From assembly GCA_043825735.1 (NCBI GenBank), contig JBDRRP010000058.1:1-50045 (forward strand): a DNA stretch of 50,045 nucleotides. Reading direction: 5' to 3'. The stretch comes from Pseudomonadota bacterium. Its GTDB lineage: Bacteria > Desulfobacterota > Desulfobacteria > Desulfobacterales > JBDRRP01. Positions 1 through 10,741 of this stretch are shown one piece after another. The stretch's first letter is position 1, and the number at the start of each line of letters is the position of its first letter. The translations under genes were made by a program, and so were the position numbers. Below the pieces are notes generated by a model that did not search any database, had not been told where the DNA came from, and saw only the letters and a program-made list of their open reading frames with translations.

Positions 1-189
<189 letters not shown>

Positions 190-224
190 TTATATGCCCC
201 AGGGCACGGCACATTAAAATAAGG

Positions 225-301
225 TGGAGCCCACGATCGGAGTCGAACCGATGAACCTCTTCCTTACCAAGGAAGCGCTCTACCGACTGAGCTACGTGGG
301 C
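225..301 (-). tRNA. tRNA-Thr(GGT)
   Basis: Cloverleaf GCCCACG...CGTGGGC-TCCA, D-arm TAGCTCAGTCGGTAGAGC, anticodon loop TT-GGT-AA, GGTTCGA T-loop. Lies just upstream of tuf. Confidence 0.97.
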
Positions 302-356
302 GTCACAACAACGGAAACCTCTAAAAGGATTGAACGACTGACAAGAGGGAGCTGGG

Positions 357-432
<76 letters not shown>

Positions 433-654
433 CTGAACGTCTTTCCGTGAGCGCGCGGTGTCAAATACAGCTGCGCCCACCCTCTAATAAATCGCTATCT
501 GACTATCCTGAAGTCCCCGTAGTACATATACGACCCCGACCGTGGGATCTCCTACAAACGACTTAAGCGGACCAGCCGCCGAAAAACGAACCTGCCCCTT
601 GGCGAAACGCCCAACAACCGTAGCGCAACCCAAGTTGCCGAATTTGACCACGAC

Positions 655-730
655 TGGAGCCAGAGACAGGAATTGAACCCGCGACCCGCTGATTACAAAT
701 CAGCCGCTCTACCGACTGAGCTACTCTGGC
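655..730 (-). tRNA. tRNA-Thr(TGT)
   Basis: GCCAGAG acceptor stem, anticodon arm CTGA-TT-TGT-AA-TCAG, GGTTCAA T-loop, encoded CCA. Confidence 0.96.
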
Positions 731-852
731 CCTCAAGGCCTGTATTCCTGACTATGCCGACTTTCCAGACGCCATAGGCGCACTTGCAGGAGTGCGGCCA
801 ATCATTACCTATTAACCACTTGGGCCAAAAAGATCAACCCTGGAAAACGGGT

Positions 853-880
853 ATTATGCCAAAACCATCCGTCATGTCAA
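853..880 (-). promoter_or_regulatory. Sigma70-type promoter of the tRNA-tuf operon
   Basis: Minus strand TTGACA-N16-CATAAT, about 120 bp upstream of tRNA-Thr(TGT). A 16-bp spacer is typical of stable-RNA promoters. Confidence 0.7.
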
Positions 881-1094
881 GGCATAATTTGGACAATTTG
901 TCTTTTGTGGCGCAGGATTGTCGCCCGGCGCCGGGAGACGAAAACAGCGCCACCAGTCAGGCGCCGCACCATACCGGCCGGTCCGGTTCGGCCTTGCTTG
1001 ACAATTAGGGGGTTTCTTGATTAATGCCTCAAGCAACACGGATCGCCGTAGATCCGATCAACCCATTTCTTATGACACGAATAGCTCTTTGACC

Positions 1095-2999
1095 ATGACA
1101 TCCATATCAAAACGACTCGGGCCCCTTGTAGTCTTGACGGTGATTTTTTCCGGCTGCAGCGCGCCCGCCATTGTGCGGACACAAAACCCCGCCCCGGCCC
1201 AGACCATTAATGACGCCGTTGAATCGGTGCCCGCCGGCACCCTATCAAAAACGGACCCCAAAGGGGAACAATTTTCAGAGAGTGCCCGCGCATCTGAGGA
1301 CATTATTTCGGAAGACGGACCGGACCGCGTGACCTTGCAGTCCGCCGGCGGAACCGATACCGTCGGCGGTGACGCCGCACAAAGCGGCCTGCCGGCAGCG
1401 GACGACGAGAGCCCGACCAGCGCCGCGCCCCAAAAAAAGACGGATGAAACACTTCTCGAGGAAGCGCTTGATTTTTGCCAGGCGGCCCAGGAATTCTGGC
1501 AAGCCGGGGAACTGGACAGCGCTTTGGAAGCCCTGGATCAGGCGTACCTGCTGATCCTTGATACCGACACCGGGGAGGACCCCAAACTTTTCCAACAAAA
1601 AGAGGATATTAGATTAATAATTTCCAAAAGAATAATGGAGATATACGCATCTCGACACACAGTTGCCAACGGCCAGCATAATGCCATCCCACTGGACATG
1701 AACCAGCACGTAGAAGCCGAAATCAAGCGGTTTACCACTGTTGAACGCGACTTTTTCATGGAATCCTACCGCAGAAGCGGCCAATACCACGAGTTCATCG
1801 TCGCATCGCTCAAAGAGGCTGGTTTTCCCGAAGAACTGGCCTGGCTTCCCCTCATTGAAAGCGGGTTCAAGGTTCAAGCGCTCTCCCGTGCACGGGCCTT
1901 GGGATTGTGGCAGTTCATTCCCTCCACCGGCTATAAGTTCGGTCTGAAACGCGAAACTTACGTCGATGAACGCCTTGACCCATACCGGTCCACTGCGGCC
2001 GCCGTGAGCTACCTGAAGGAGTTGCATCAGATTTTTGGTGACTGGATGACGGCACTGGCTGCCTACAATTGCGGAGAAGGCCGGGTGCTGCGCGTCATAC
2101 GCTCACAAAATATCAATTATCTCGATAATTTCTGGGATTTATATCAGCGCCTGCCGCAAGAGACGGCGCGTTACGTCCCGCGGTTTCTGGCGACCCTGCA
2201 TATCCTGCGAAACCCCGAGAAATACGGCATGTCGCTGCCGACACCGGACCCGCCGATGACATTTGAGACGGTTACAATCGAAAGGCAGGTCAGTCTTCGG
2301 GATATCTCCAACGCATTGTCGGTGACAGAGCAATCGCTCAGAGACCTGAACCCCTCCCTGCGCTATCGCATTCTTCCCAAAGAACCCTTTGACTTGCGGG
2401 TTTCCGTGGGCTCCGGCGATGAACTGCTGGCAAAATTGGACACGCTGCCCATATCGTCACCGCCGCGCCCAGCCTATGTCTACCACAAAATTCGCCCTGG
2501 TGAGAGCCTGTCCACCATCGCGAGAAAATACCACACCAGTGTGAGCCGCATTACCCAGGCAAACAACATCCGTAAAAGCCATTTCATTGTTGCCGGCAGG
2601 ACCTTGAAAATTCCGCTTTCAGGAACAATGGTCGTAACCACAGCGCCGCCGGAATCTTCCGAATGCCCTCCCGGCGGGCAAGCGACCATCGTCCACCGTG
2701 TAAACCGCGGAGATTCCCTGTGGATTATCGCCAAACGCTACGACACGACAACTCTTAAAATCCAGCAAATGAACGGCCTTAGCGGAACGCATCTGAGTAT
2801 CGGTCAAAAACTCAACATTCCGGCGTGCAGTGAGAAGCAGTCCGACACACAAGGCATGCGGGCCTATGTCGTCAAAACCGGCGACAGTCCTTTTGGAATT
2901 GCCAAACAACATAACATGTCCCTCAATCGGTTCCTCAGTGCCAACGGCATGACGCCCCGCAGCACCATTTATCCGGGCCAGACCGTTAATGTGGAATAA
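1095..2999 (+). CDS. mltD: Membrane-bound lytic murein transglycosylase D-like lipoprotein (SLT + 3 LysM)
   Basis: Lipobox IFSGC; SLT motifs LIESG, GLWQF, AAYNCG, ETARYVP; three LysM repeats. ATG 1095 preferred over TTG 1017. Confidence 0.88.
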   Translation: MTSISKRLGPLVVLTVIFSGCSAPAIVRTQNPAPAQTINDAVESVPAGTLSKTDPKGEQFSESARASEDIISEDGPDRVTLQSAGGTDTVGGDAAQSGLPAADDESPTSAAPQKKTDETLLEEALDFCQAAQEFWQAGELDSALEALDQAYLLILDTDTGEDPKLFQQKEDIRLIISKRIMEIYASRHTVANGQHNAIPLDMNQHVEAEIKRFTTVERDFFMESYRRSGQYHEFIVASLKEAGFPEELAWLPLIESGFKVQALSRARALGLWQFIPSTGYKFGLKRETYVDERLDPYRSTAAAVSYLKELHQIFGDWMTALAAYNCGEGRVLRVIRSQNINYLDNFWDLYQRLPQETARYVPRFLATLHILRNPEKYGMSLPTPDPPMTFETVTIERQVSLRDISNALSVTEQSLRDLNPSLRYRILPKEPFDLRVSVGSGDELLAKLDTLPISSPPRPAYVYHKIRPGESLSTIARKYHTSVSRITQANNIRKSHFIVAGRTLKIPLSGTMVVTTAPPESSECPPGGQATIVHRVNRGDSLWIIAKRYDTTTLKIQQMNGLSGTHLSIGQKLNIPACSEKQSDTQGMRAYVVKTGDSPFGIAKQHNMSLNRFLSANGMTPRSTIYPGQTVNVE

Positions 3000-3127
3000 C
3001 GCATAGACAGAGCCCGTGCCCACGCCGTTTTCCACGAAACGATGCACAGCGGATCCGTATTGCGGCGGCTGATGGCAGGGCGAACGGGAACTGCCGATTC
3101 GGTGTCCCAGGCAAGCAGGGATGGACC

Positions 3128-4354
3128 ATGCCGGTTTATGAATACAAGGCGTTATCTGCAAACGGCAAAACCATTGCCGGCATTATCGATGCCGACAGCG
3201 CTCAGACAGCGCGACAGAAACTTCGCAGCAGCCAGAAATACCCCGTATCGTTAAAAGAAGTTACTCAGACCGCTGGAAACACGAGGGGACGCTGGCTGTC
3301 GATGTTCGACGGGATAGTCCGGGTCAACCCCACGGAACTGGCCATGATCACGCGACAATTGTCGACCCTGGTCAATGCCGGTTTTCCAATAGACCGCGCC
3401 ATCGGATCGGTGGTGCCACACACGCGTTCCAAACGTTTGAAGCGATCCTTGGCTAACATTAAAGATGCCATCACCGAAGGCAACAGTTTTGCTGCGGCGC
3501 TGGCCCAGTACCCGAATCTGTTTTCCCCGCTCTATGTCAGCATGGTAAAAGCCGGCGAGTCTTCGGGTACGCTGGACCTCATTCTCGATCGACTGGCGGT
3601 AATCAACGAAAAAAGCATCGCTTTGTCCAACCGAATCCGAACGGCCATGGCATACCCGCTGCTGATGGCGGTTATCGGTTCCTTAATCTTGTTTTTTCTG
3701 GTGACGTTTGTGGTCCCCAGCATCACTTCGATTTTCACGGACATGAACCAGCAGCTGCCGTTGCCGACCGTGCTCCTGCTTTCCATCAGCGGCTTTATGA
3801 AAGTCTATTGGCCGTTGATTCTGCTGGCTGCCGGTGGGCTGATGGCGGGTTTTCAGTTTTTTAGGATGACGATCGGTGGTCGCATTTTTTTGGACCGCCT
3901 CTATCTGCGGACCCCTGTTTTTTCAGATTTGATCGAAAAGATGGCCATGGCCCGCTTGTCCCGGACACTGGCGTCACTGCTTGAAAACGGCGTATCCATG
4001 CTCCCGGCCCTGGATATTTCCAAAAGCGTCGCCGGCAACGCAATTATTGCCGATTCACTTGAAACTGTCGCCGCCGAGGTCGAAAAAGGACAGGGACTGG
4101 CGCCGTCAATGGAACGTTTTTCCCACTTTCCGAGCCTGGCCGTTCAGATGGTACAGGTCGGAGAGCAAAGCGGCGCGTTGGAGGAAATGCTCAAAAAAGT
4201 CGCCGACGCGTTCGACAACGAAACCGAAGCCCGAATCATGAGCGCGACCACCATGCTGGAGCCGCTCATGATTCTTCTGATGGGGGTGGCGGTGGGATTC
4301 ATTGTCCTGGCCATCTGCCTGCCGATATTTGAAATGAACCAGTTGGTAAAATGA
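3128..4354 (+). CDS. gspF: Type II secretion inner-membrane protein F
   Basis: MPVYEYKAL start, RQLSTLVNAG, AGESSGTLD, AMAYP, VGEQSGALE, LEPLMI; three TM segments. Confidence 0.93.
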   Translation: MPVYEYKALSANGKTIAGIIDADSAQTARQKLRSSQKYPVSLKEVTQTAGNTRGRWLSMFDGIVRVNPTELAMITRQLSTLVNAGFPIDRAIGSVVPHTRSKRLKRSLANIKDAITEGNSFAAALAQYPNLFSPLYVSMVKAGESSGTLDLILDRLAVINEKSIALSNRIRTAMAYPLLMAVIGSLILFFLVTFVVPSITSIFTDMNQQLPLPTVLLLSISGFMKVYWPLILLAAGGLMAGFQFFRMTIGGRIFLDRLYLRTPVFSDLIEKMAMARLSRTLASLLENGVSMLPALDISKSVAGNAIIADSLETVAAEVEKGQGLAPSMERFSHFPSLAVQMVQVGEQSGALEEMLKKVADAFDNETEARIMSATTMLEPLMILLMGVAVGFIVLAICLPIFEMNQLVK

Positions 4355-4440
4355 TTTCTCCAGCTAAATAGAAGAATACCCTCAATTTTCGACGGCAATC
4401 GGCCTCACGCGATGGAGGCACTCGGAAGGAGCCCTTAAAC

Positions 4441-4902
4441 ATGAAGCGCACACGCGACACCGCAGGCCGTCACGTTGGTGATCACGGTTTTACCCTGATC
4501 GAGCTGATGGTTGTTCTGGTCATCCTTGGCATTCTTGCCGGCCTGGTAGTGCCGCGCCTGATGAACCGTCCGGATGAAGCCAAGCAGCTAAAGGCGCGGA
4601 TGCAGATCGAAAGCATTGAGACCGCCTTGAAGCTCTATAAACTCGATAACGGCGCCTACCCGGATACCGACCAGGGGCTGCAGGCCCTCGTTGTCCAGCC
4701 TGACACGGGAACGTCCACCAAAAACTGGCGCAAGGGCGGCTATCTTGAAAAGGGAAAAGTGCCTAAAGACCCCTGGGGCAACGACTTTATCTACATCAGC
4801 CCCGGGATCAATGGTGAGTTCGATATTAGCTCTTATGGTGCGGACGGCATTGCCGGCGGTGATGGCAAGAACCTGGATATCAACAACTGGGAAACCCAGT
4901 AG
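4441..4902 (+). CDS. gspG: T2SS major pseudopilin G
   Basis: [11 protein letters not shown]-methylation motif, [29 protein letters not shown]. Confidence 0.96.
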   Translation: MKRTRDTAGRHVGDHGFTLIELMVVLVILGILAGLVVPRLMNRPDEAKQLKARMQIESIETALKLYKLDNGAYPDTDQGLQALVVQPDTGTSTKNWRKGGYLEKGKVPKDPWGNDFIYISPGINGEFDISSYGADGIAGGDGKNLDINNWETQ

Positions 4903-4954
4903 CGTGAAAGGCTCGGCCACAGACCGGTCGCGACACCGCCGGCAAGCAGTGCTC

Positions 4955-5443
4955 ATGGCGCACGTGCCTGCGCTGAACAATGGCCGAGGTTATACGTTTG
5001 TTGAACTGATGGTCGTAATCGCGCTGGTCGGCATTTTTTTCTTTTTCGCCATCCCGCGTATCGCGCCCGACATCCCATCGGAGGATTTTCGAAAGGCCAT
5101 CAACTGGTTCGCCCTGAATGTCCCTCGGCTCAAACGCCTGGCGGTGTCGGAGCAAAAAATCGTGTTGCTCACTATTGATCGAAACACGGGCATGCTGATC
5201 ATCTCTGACGCAACGTCTTCGCCGGAGGAGCGCTTTGCCCTTCCCGATACCGTTCACATCGGGGAAATCGTATCCTTCGGGCGCCCCCTTCCAGAGTCCG
5301 GACCTGTAATGATACGTTTTTTACCTGACGGCATATCTGATTTCATGAGTATTAGACTCTCAGACGATGACGGCCGTGAAGCCGACATTCAGATCGAACC
5401 TTTCCTGTATGCGGCAAAAATATCTGAAAATCGACCCCGCTGA
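4955..5443 (+). CDS. gspH: T2SS minor pseudopilin H
   Basis: RG/YTFVELMVV prepilin motif, I.F.PDG motif, position after gspG. Alternative GTG start at 4904. Confidence 0.8.
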   Translation: MAHVPALNNGRGYTFVELMVVIALVGIFFFFAIPRIAPDIPSEDFRKAINWFALNVPRLKRLAVSEQKIVLLTIDRNTGMLIISDATSSPEERFALPDTVHIGEIVSFGRPLPESGPVMIRFLPDGISDFMSIRLSDDDGREADIQIEPFLYAAKISENRPR

Positions 5444-5816
5444 GGGTGATGGGGGCTTTACCCTCCTGGAAACCCTGATCGCGCTGGCGATTCTCGCCAT
5501 CGCCCTGGTGGCCTTATTCCGCCTTCACTATCAGTCCATCGATCTGAGCGCAGAAATCGCATTCAACGCCAACGCACCTTTTCTGGCCGGTCAGTTGCTC
5601 AGCGATGTGGAACGCGCGGGCCTTGACGGGGCGGGACGCCATGCCGGCACCTTTCAAGAGGGCCTTCCGCCGTACTCATGGCAAGTCGACATCGCCCAGG
5701 TGGAGCTGCCCGTGGGAGAGGCAACACCGCCGAAACTCTGGAAAATCGATATCGACATCGCTTCCGGAGAACGGCTGAACTACCACCTGACCACTTTTCG
5801 TCGATACCGGGAGTAA
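5409..5816 (+). CDS. gspI: T2SS minor pseudopilin I
   Basis: G/FTLLETLIALAIL prepilin motif, YSW motif, operon position. Confidence 0.82.
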   Translation: MRQKYLKIDPAEGDGGFTLLETLIALAILAIALVALFRLHYQSIDLSAEIAFNANAPFLAGQLLSDVERAGLDGAGRHAGTFQEGLPPYSWQVDIAQVELPVGEATPPKLWKIDIDIASGERLNYHLTTFRRYRE

Positions 5817-5820
5817 CGCG

Positions 5821-6600
5821 GTGCCACCAGCAAGCGATGAGCATACGGTAGAATCCACCGCCGTCACCGAGCGCCGCCCCGATCGGGTGCATGGGCAACT
5901 GCGCTCGCGGTCGCTTGATGGGTTCACGCTCTTTGAAATTCTCATCGCAATGATGATGCTCTCTTTTGTATTTACCACGCTGTTTGTCTCATTCCGGCAA
6001 CTGCTCGGTGATGCGCAGGCCGTGACACGAAAAAACGCCCTCACGGAAATGACGGCAACGGCATTGCATCATGTGGTGGCCGACCTTGATGCCGCATTCA
6101 TTCTTCTTCCCCCGTTTTACAGCCCCCCGGGCATTCACGACACCAAGGCGCCGCCATATCGGTTCACAGGTACGACAACCCCCATTGATGGGTCAGCGTT
6201 TGCCGATATCCGATTTGTTTCCGGTCGTCATATCGACGGTCAAGGTGCCGGCGGCGAAGGTTTTGCCGCTATCCGTTACTATGTCGCACCAGACGGCAAC
6301 GGAGCGCTCCGCCTGAAACGCCAGGACCGTTTAGTGGCCTTTGGCGCCATGACATCCTTGGCCCCATGGCCCGATCCCATTGTCTGTGAACATGTGAAGC
6401 GGTTCGAAATCACCTATTTTGATGACGACGACAACGCCCATGACGAATGGGACTCGGAGGCTGAATCCTTTGGGTATGCCACCCCCACTGCCATCAGAAT
6501 CGTTCTGGGAGTAGCCCGCCCGGATGGTGAGGCAATGACATTGACTACAACGGTATATCTAACGGCCATACGCATGGCACCAGGCGCCAGTGACCAGTAA
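5821..6600 (+). CDS. gspJ: T2SS minor pseudopilin J
   Basis: G/FTLFEILIA motif, C-terminal W.DEWD...P.AIRI pattern. Start could be ATG 5891. Confidence 0.82.
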   Translation: MPPASDEHTVESTAVTERRPDRVHGQLRSRSLDGFTLFEILIAMMMLSFVFTTLFVSFRQLLGDAQAVTRKNALTEMTATALHHVVADLDAAFILLPPFYSPPGIHDTKAPPYRFTGTTTPIDGSAFADIRFVSGRHIDGQGAGGEGFAAIRYYVAPDGNGALRLKRQDRLVAFGAMTSLAPWPDPIVCEHVKRFEITYFDDDDNAHDEWDSEAESFGYATPTAIRIVLGVARPDGEAMTLTTTVYLTAIRMAPGASDQ

Positions 6601-7657
6601 CCCCCTTCGCTCGGACAAGGGCATTGCCCTGATTCTGGTGATCAGCGTTATCGCCGCGCTGGTGGTCTCCGGCGTGATGCTCAACCGCCAGGTCCGCGGG
6701 ATGATAGTGTCTTCAGCAACTCAAGCGGATCACCTCAAACTTTCAGAAATGTGCCGCTCGGGGCTCGAGGCCGCCGTGTTGCGCCTTGGGGCCGGCAAGA
6801 CCGAAGACGTGCTCGGATGGATACTCTCCGAAGAAAACAGGGCCGAGCTCGCAGAAGACATCAACAACGCCCTCGCCTTCTCTTCGGACACGCTCGATGT
6901 GACGGTCGCCGACGAGCGCGCCCTGATTCAGGTCAACGCTCTGATAGACTACCCTCACCGCGGGCAGTTCAACGCCGAGCAGCGACAACTCTGGGAGCGC
7001 CTTTTGCGCATTCTAAAAGCGCAGTCTCCGGATGGCCCCGAATTCACCGAAGCCGAAATCATCGACGCATTAATAGACTGGCTGGACGCCGGTGACGACG
7101 ATGCCATTACCGGCCTCAGTGGCGCGGAAAGCGATTATTATGAAGGGCTTCCCGTCCCCTATTCCGCAGCCAACGCCCCAATGCAGCACATCGGCGAATT
7201 GCTGCTCATCAAGGGGATGTCCCCAGAGCTATACCACGGCACCCCCGAGTTGCCCGGGTTGGCACGCTATGTCACTGCTGCCGGTGTTTTCGGCAAAAGC
7301 GCCGCGGGTCTGCGTTTCGACGGGAAGATCAACATCAACACCGCTGAGGCGACGGTCATCGCAGCGATCTTGCCCCTCGAATACCAATCCCTGGCAGAGG
7401 CGATCGTCGCCTATCGCCAGGAGCGCATCGCGGAAAAAGACTTCGAAACCTTGAAACAGCCGGCCTGGTACAAAAACGCTCCCGGTTGCGGAAATCTTGA
7501 ACTGCCGCCGGATCTGGTCACTGTCTATAGTAATCTATTCCGTGTCACCATGACGGCTTTCAGTGGCAATCGCCGCGTCCACCGCACAGCCCTTGTTCAG
7601 TGTCAGCGCGAGGACACGCCGGCTGCAAAGCGCTGTGAAATATTGCGCTACGAATAA
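6590..7657 (+). CDS. gspK: T2SS minor pseudopilin K
   Basis: G/IALILV, IIDALIDWLD.DDD, GAESDYY, ELLLIKG, GKININTA. Confidence 0.92.
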   Translation: MTSNPLRSDKGIALILVISVIAALVVSGVMLNRQVRGMIVSSATQADHLKLSEMCRSGLEAAVLRLGAGKTEDVLGWILSEENRAELAEDINNALAFSSDTLDVTVADERALIQVNALIDYPHRGQFNAEQRQLWERLLRILKAQSPDGPEFTEAEIIDALIDWLDAGDDDAITGLSGAESDYYEGLPVPYSAANAPMQHIGELLLIKGMSPELYHGTPELPGLARYVTAAGVFGKSAAGLRFDGKININTAEATVIAAILPLEYQSLAEAIVAYRQERIAEKDFETLKQPAWYKNAPGCGNLELPPDLVTVYSNLFRVTMTAFSGNRRVHRTALVQCQREDTPAAKRCEILRYE

Positions 7658-7760
7658 ACAGCCTAACCATCATCTCCCGGCACACCAACGGGCGGCGGCA
7701 TGTTGCGACGCCTGCGGCCCCCTTCCAACCCCGCCCTTTCTGGTTTCACCCGGTTGGGGT

Positions 7761-7789
7761 TTGCAAAAATCTGAAAAATAACATATAAA
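7761..7789 (+). promoter_or_regulatory. Putative internal sigma70 promoter upstream of gspL
   Basis: TTGCAA-N17-TATAAA in the AT-rich 210-bp gap between gspK and gspL. Confidence 0.5.
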
Positions 7790-7868
7790 AAATGCAATAT
7801 TATTAAATGCCTATACCACTGCACCGGCTGGCATTACCATCTGCCGGTGCACAGGGGCGACGGTCTTT

Positions 7869-9314
7869 ATGCCAAACCAGCATCTCGGTATCGACATCCA
7901 CCCGGACGGCATCAAGCTTGTCTTGCTCAGCAGCCGGCTGAAAAGCGCCACGGTGGCCGGGCACTGGTCCGTCGACTATCCGGATGGGCAGTATTCACCG
8001 GAGAACCTGGCGGCTGCCCTGATGACGATCGCCGATACGGCCGACATCGAAGGCTGCGAGTGCGCGGTAAGTATTCCTGCGTCATGGGTCTATCTGCGCC
8101 AGGCCGTTTTGCCTTTCAAGGAAAAGAAGAAAATCGATCAGATCCTCTCCTTTGAAATGGAGCCGCTGCTGCCAGTGGCCACTGATGGCGTCCTCGTGGA
8201 CTACCAAATCACTGCAACCGATGCAGCCAAAACCGTCCTTATGACAGCCGCCGTCGATAAAGCGCGCCTGACGTCCGTCATTGAGCGCCTTGGAACATTC
8301 AAACTCAACCCGAGCATTTTCACCCTGTACGGATGTCCATCCCTCGTGCTTCTCCAGCAGTACTTGAAACCTGAAGGGGACAGCGTATTTGTCGTACCGA
8401 CTGCCACCGATACGACGGTTTTTCTTTTCTCCGAAAAGCAGGTGATCCTGGTTCGCTGCCTGCCGCAAGCGATCGCATCTTCACCGCCGCATAAAATGGC
8501 CACCGACATCCAGCGCGTTATTTTTTCCTTCCAGGACGGCAAAACCGGGGCGCGCTTTATCCCCGAAAGGCTTTTTCTGTCAGCTTCTTCGGAAATCCCC
8601 GCCACCCTGCCTGCCGCGCTGTCAGATCTGTTAGGCATCCCGGTTGAGCTGTTTCACTCGGGCCGAGTGCCCTCGGTCCTATCCATCATCGACAGCGAAA
8701 CACCGCCGCTGGAGAGCATGCCCACCGATGCACTGGCCCTTGCCGTGTGCAGCCTCAAAGGATTTAAGGGGCTCAATTTCAGGAAGGGGCCATTTGCGGT
8801 CAGCCGATTCTGGCAGGAAAACCGTAAGTCGCTCATCGCGCCGGCCGTCATCAGTCTGCTGATTTTGCTGACAGCCGGCTATCGCAGCATCGCGGCAATC
8901 CATGATTATCAATCACGGCTGGAAGGCATCAATCGGGAAATCACCCAAACCTTCAAGGCGGCCCTTCCGGACGTGAATCGAATCGTCAAACCGATCCATC
9001 AAATGCGCACTAAACTGGCGGAAATGAAGCAGGAAGCGCCACAATTTTCACATGCCTATCGATCCCGTAGCGTGGTGGATATGCTGCGCGCCATCAGTGA
9101 GCGCATTCCGGCTGATGCGGATGTTGTCCTGAACCAGATGGTCATTGGTCCCGACGCGGTTCTTCTCGGCGGTGACACTGACACGTTCAACACCGTCAAT
9201 ACGGTTCAACAGCGCCTCGAACAGGACCCGACCTTTACCAGCGTGAGTATCAGTTCCGCCAACCAGCAAAAGTCGGGAAATCGTGTGAATTTCAAAATAA
9301 GGATCCAATTGTGA
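7869..9314 (+). CDS. gspL: T2SS protein L (PilM-like cytoplasmic domain + TM + PilN-like domain)
   Basis: LGIDI actin-like start, LPF..K.I..IL.FE.E, LNFRKG.F, one TM, periplasmic ferredoxin-like tail. Confidence 0.85.
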   Translation: MPNQHLGIDIHPDGIKLVLLSSRLKSATVAGHWSVDYPDGQYSPENLAAALMTIADTADIEGCECAVSIPASWVYLRQAVLPFKEKKKIDQILSFEMEPLLPVATDGVLVDYQITATDAAKTVLMTAAVDKARLTSVIERLGTFKLNPSIFTLYGCPSLVLLQQYLKPEGDSVFVVPTATDTTVFLFSEKQVILVRCLPQAIASSPPHKMATDIQRVIFSFQDGKTGARFIPERLFLSASSEIPATLPAALSDLLGIPVELFHSGRVPSVLSIIDSETPPLESMPTDALALAVCSLKGFKGLNFRKGPFAVSRFWQENRKSLIAPAVISLLILLTAGYRSIAAIHDYQSRLEGINREITQTFKAALPDVNRIVKPIHQMRTKLAEMKQEAPQFSHAYRSRSVVDMLRAISERIPADADVVLNQMVIGPDAVLLGGDTDTFNTVNTVQQRLEQDPTFTSVSISSANQQKSGNRVNFKIRIQL

Positions 9315-9835
9315 TTCAGGTCAGTCGGCGGGAGAAGATGGCCATCGGCATTGGGGCAATCGCCCTGGCCTGTTTTCTTTTTGTGGAATGGGTGGCCTTT
9401 CCCATCTATGACAAGCAAAAATCGCTGGCCGAAGCCCTCAATCGCCAGGAAGCAGAGCTGGCCGAAGCCCGGGAACTGGCTCGCCAGATTACCGAAATCC
9501 GCGAAACCATGGCTTTTTCCCAACAACGGTTGGCTTCAAAGAAATCGGGTTTCAGCCTCTTTTCGTTCCTGGACGGCCTGGCCGCGCAGGCCGGGCTGAA
9601 AGACCATATCATCTACATGAAGCCTTCGGTTTCCAAAATCAAAAACACCGAGATGGCACTGTCCATTGTCGAAATTAAACTCGAAGCCATTGCGCTCACT
9701 CAACTGGTCCAGTTTCTTCACATGATCGAGACATCTTCCGAGGAAGTCACCATTCGGCGGATGTCCCTTCTGACAGGCGGGAAAGAAAACACGTCGCTGA
9801 ACGCGGTTCTGGAAATCGCAACCATCAAGGTTTAG
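9311..9835 (+). CDS. gspM: T2SS protein M
   Basis: SRREK + TM + coiled coil, L..LVQFL..IE; overlaps the gspL stop (GTGA). Confidence 0.82.
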   Translation: MIQVSRREKMAIGIGAIALACFLFVEWVAFPIYDKQKSLAEALNRQEAELAEARELARQITEIRETMAFSQQRLASKKSGFSLFSFLDGLAAQAGLKDHIIYMKPSVSKIKNTEMALSIVEIKLEAIALTQLVQFLHMIETSSEEVTIRRMSLLTGGKENTSLNAVLEIATIKV

Positions 9836-9868
9836 GGGACGGCGCCATGTGGCGACCACCGGCTTAGG

Positions 9869-10735
9869 ATGATGACGCAGAAACGGACCAGAGCGGCGTA
9901 TGCAATCTATCTAATTGCTATAACAGTATTTTTTTTATACACTGGCTTTCCGGAAGATAAGATTCTCCAATTTGTGAACCGTGCGGGCGCAAACCCGCAG
10001 CAACCAGTCGCCGTATCGGTCCAGCAGGTGTCCCCGGCAATACCGCCGGGAATTGTTTTCAAGGGTGTCCGGCTGAGCCGCAACGACACCACGCTGCTGC
10101 AGGTAGCGCGCCTTACGCTGTCTCCCGACTATCTGGCAATGGTCACGGGAAAACCGGCACTTCGATTTCACGGGGATATTCACGGCGGCAGCGCCAGCGG
10201 CACCATCCAGGGCATCGGAAAGGATCGGCAGGAAATCCGCTTGCGGTTTGCAGCAGTGGATCTATCCCGGCTGGCGATCAACAAGGCCACTGCGCCGGAG
10301 CGGTCCGTCACCGGGCAGATGTCAGGGCAGTGCCGCATCAGCACGCAACCGGACGCCGCGGTCAGGATCGCCCTTGAAACCGTAATAACCGATACAACGG
10401 TGGGCTTGTTAATGCCCATCGGCAACATTCGATCCATTCCGTTTGACAGGATCGAGATCACTGCGTCAGTTGTGGGACGAACAGTCACCATCTCATCGTG
10501 CGTGTGGAAAGGCGCGGTGATGGCGGGCAGTCTCACCGGCACCATCGGAATGCAGGAATCGACTGGCGCCAACACAATTTCGTTGAAAGGCAATGTCATT
10601 CCGCAGCCGGCGCTGATCCAGGAATTGGGGGAACCGATGGCATCCAGACTGTTTCCCGACCATCGCCGCCGGAAGAACGGGTTTCAGATAACCTTCACCG
10701 GCACTGTCGATAAACCGGTTTTCGATATCAAATAA
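9869..10735 (+). CDS. gspN: T2SS protein N (deltaproteobacterial type)
   Basis: N-terminal TM ending FP, beta-rich body, C-terminal GT..KP motif, position after gspM. Confidence 0.75.
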   Translation: MMTQKRTRAAYAIYLIAITVFFLYTGFPEDKILQFVNRAGANPQQPVAVSVQQVSPAIPPGIVFKGVRLSRNDTTLLQVARLTLSPDYLAMVTGKPALRFHGDIHGGSASGTIQGIGKDRQEIRLRFAAVDLSRLAINKATAPERSVTGQMSGQCRISTQPDAAVRIALETVITDTTVGLLMPIGNIRSIPFDRIEITASVVGRTVTISSCVWKGAVMAGSLTGTIGMQESTGANTISLKGNVIPQPALIQELGEPMASRLFPDHRRRKNGFQITFTGTVDKPVFDIK

Positions 10736-10741
10736 AACGCA

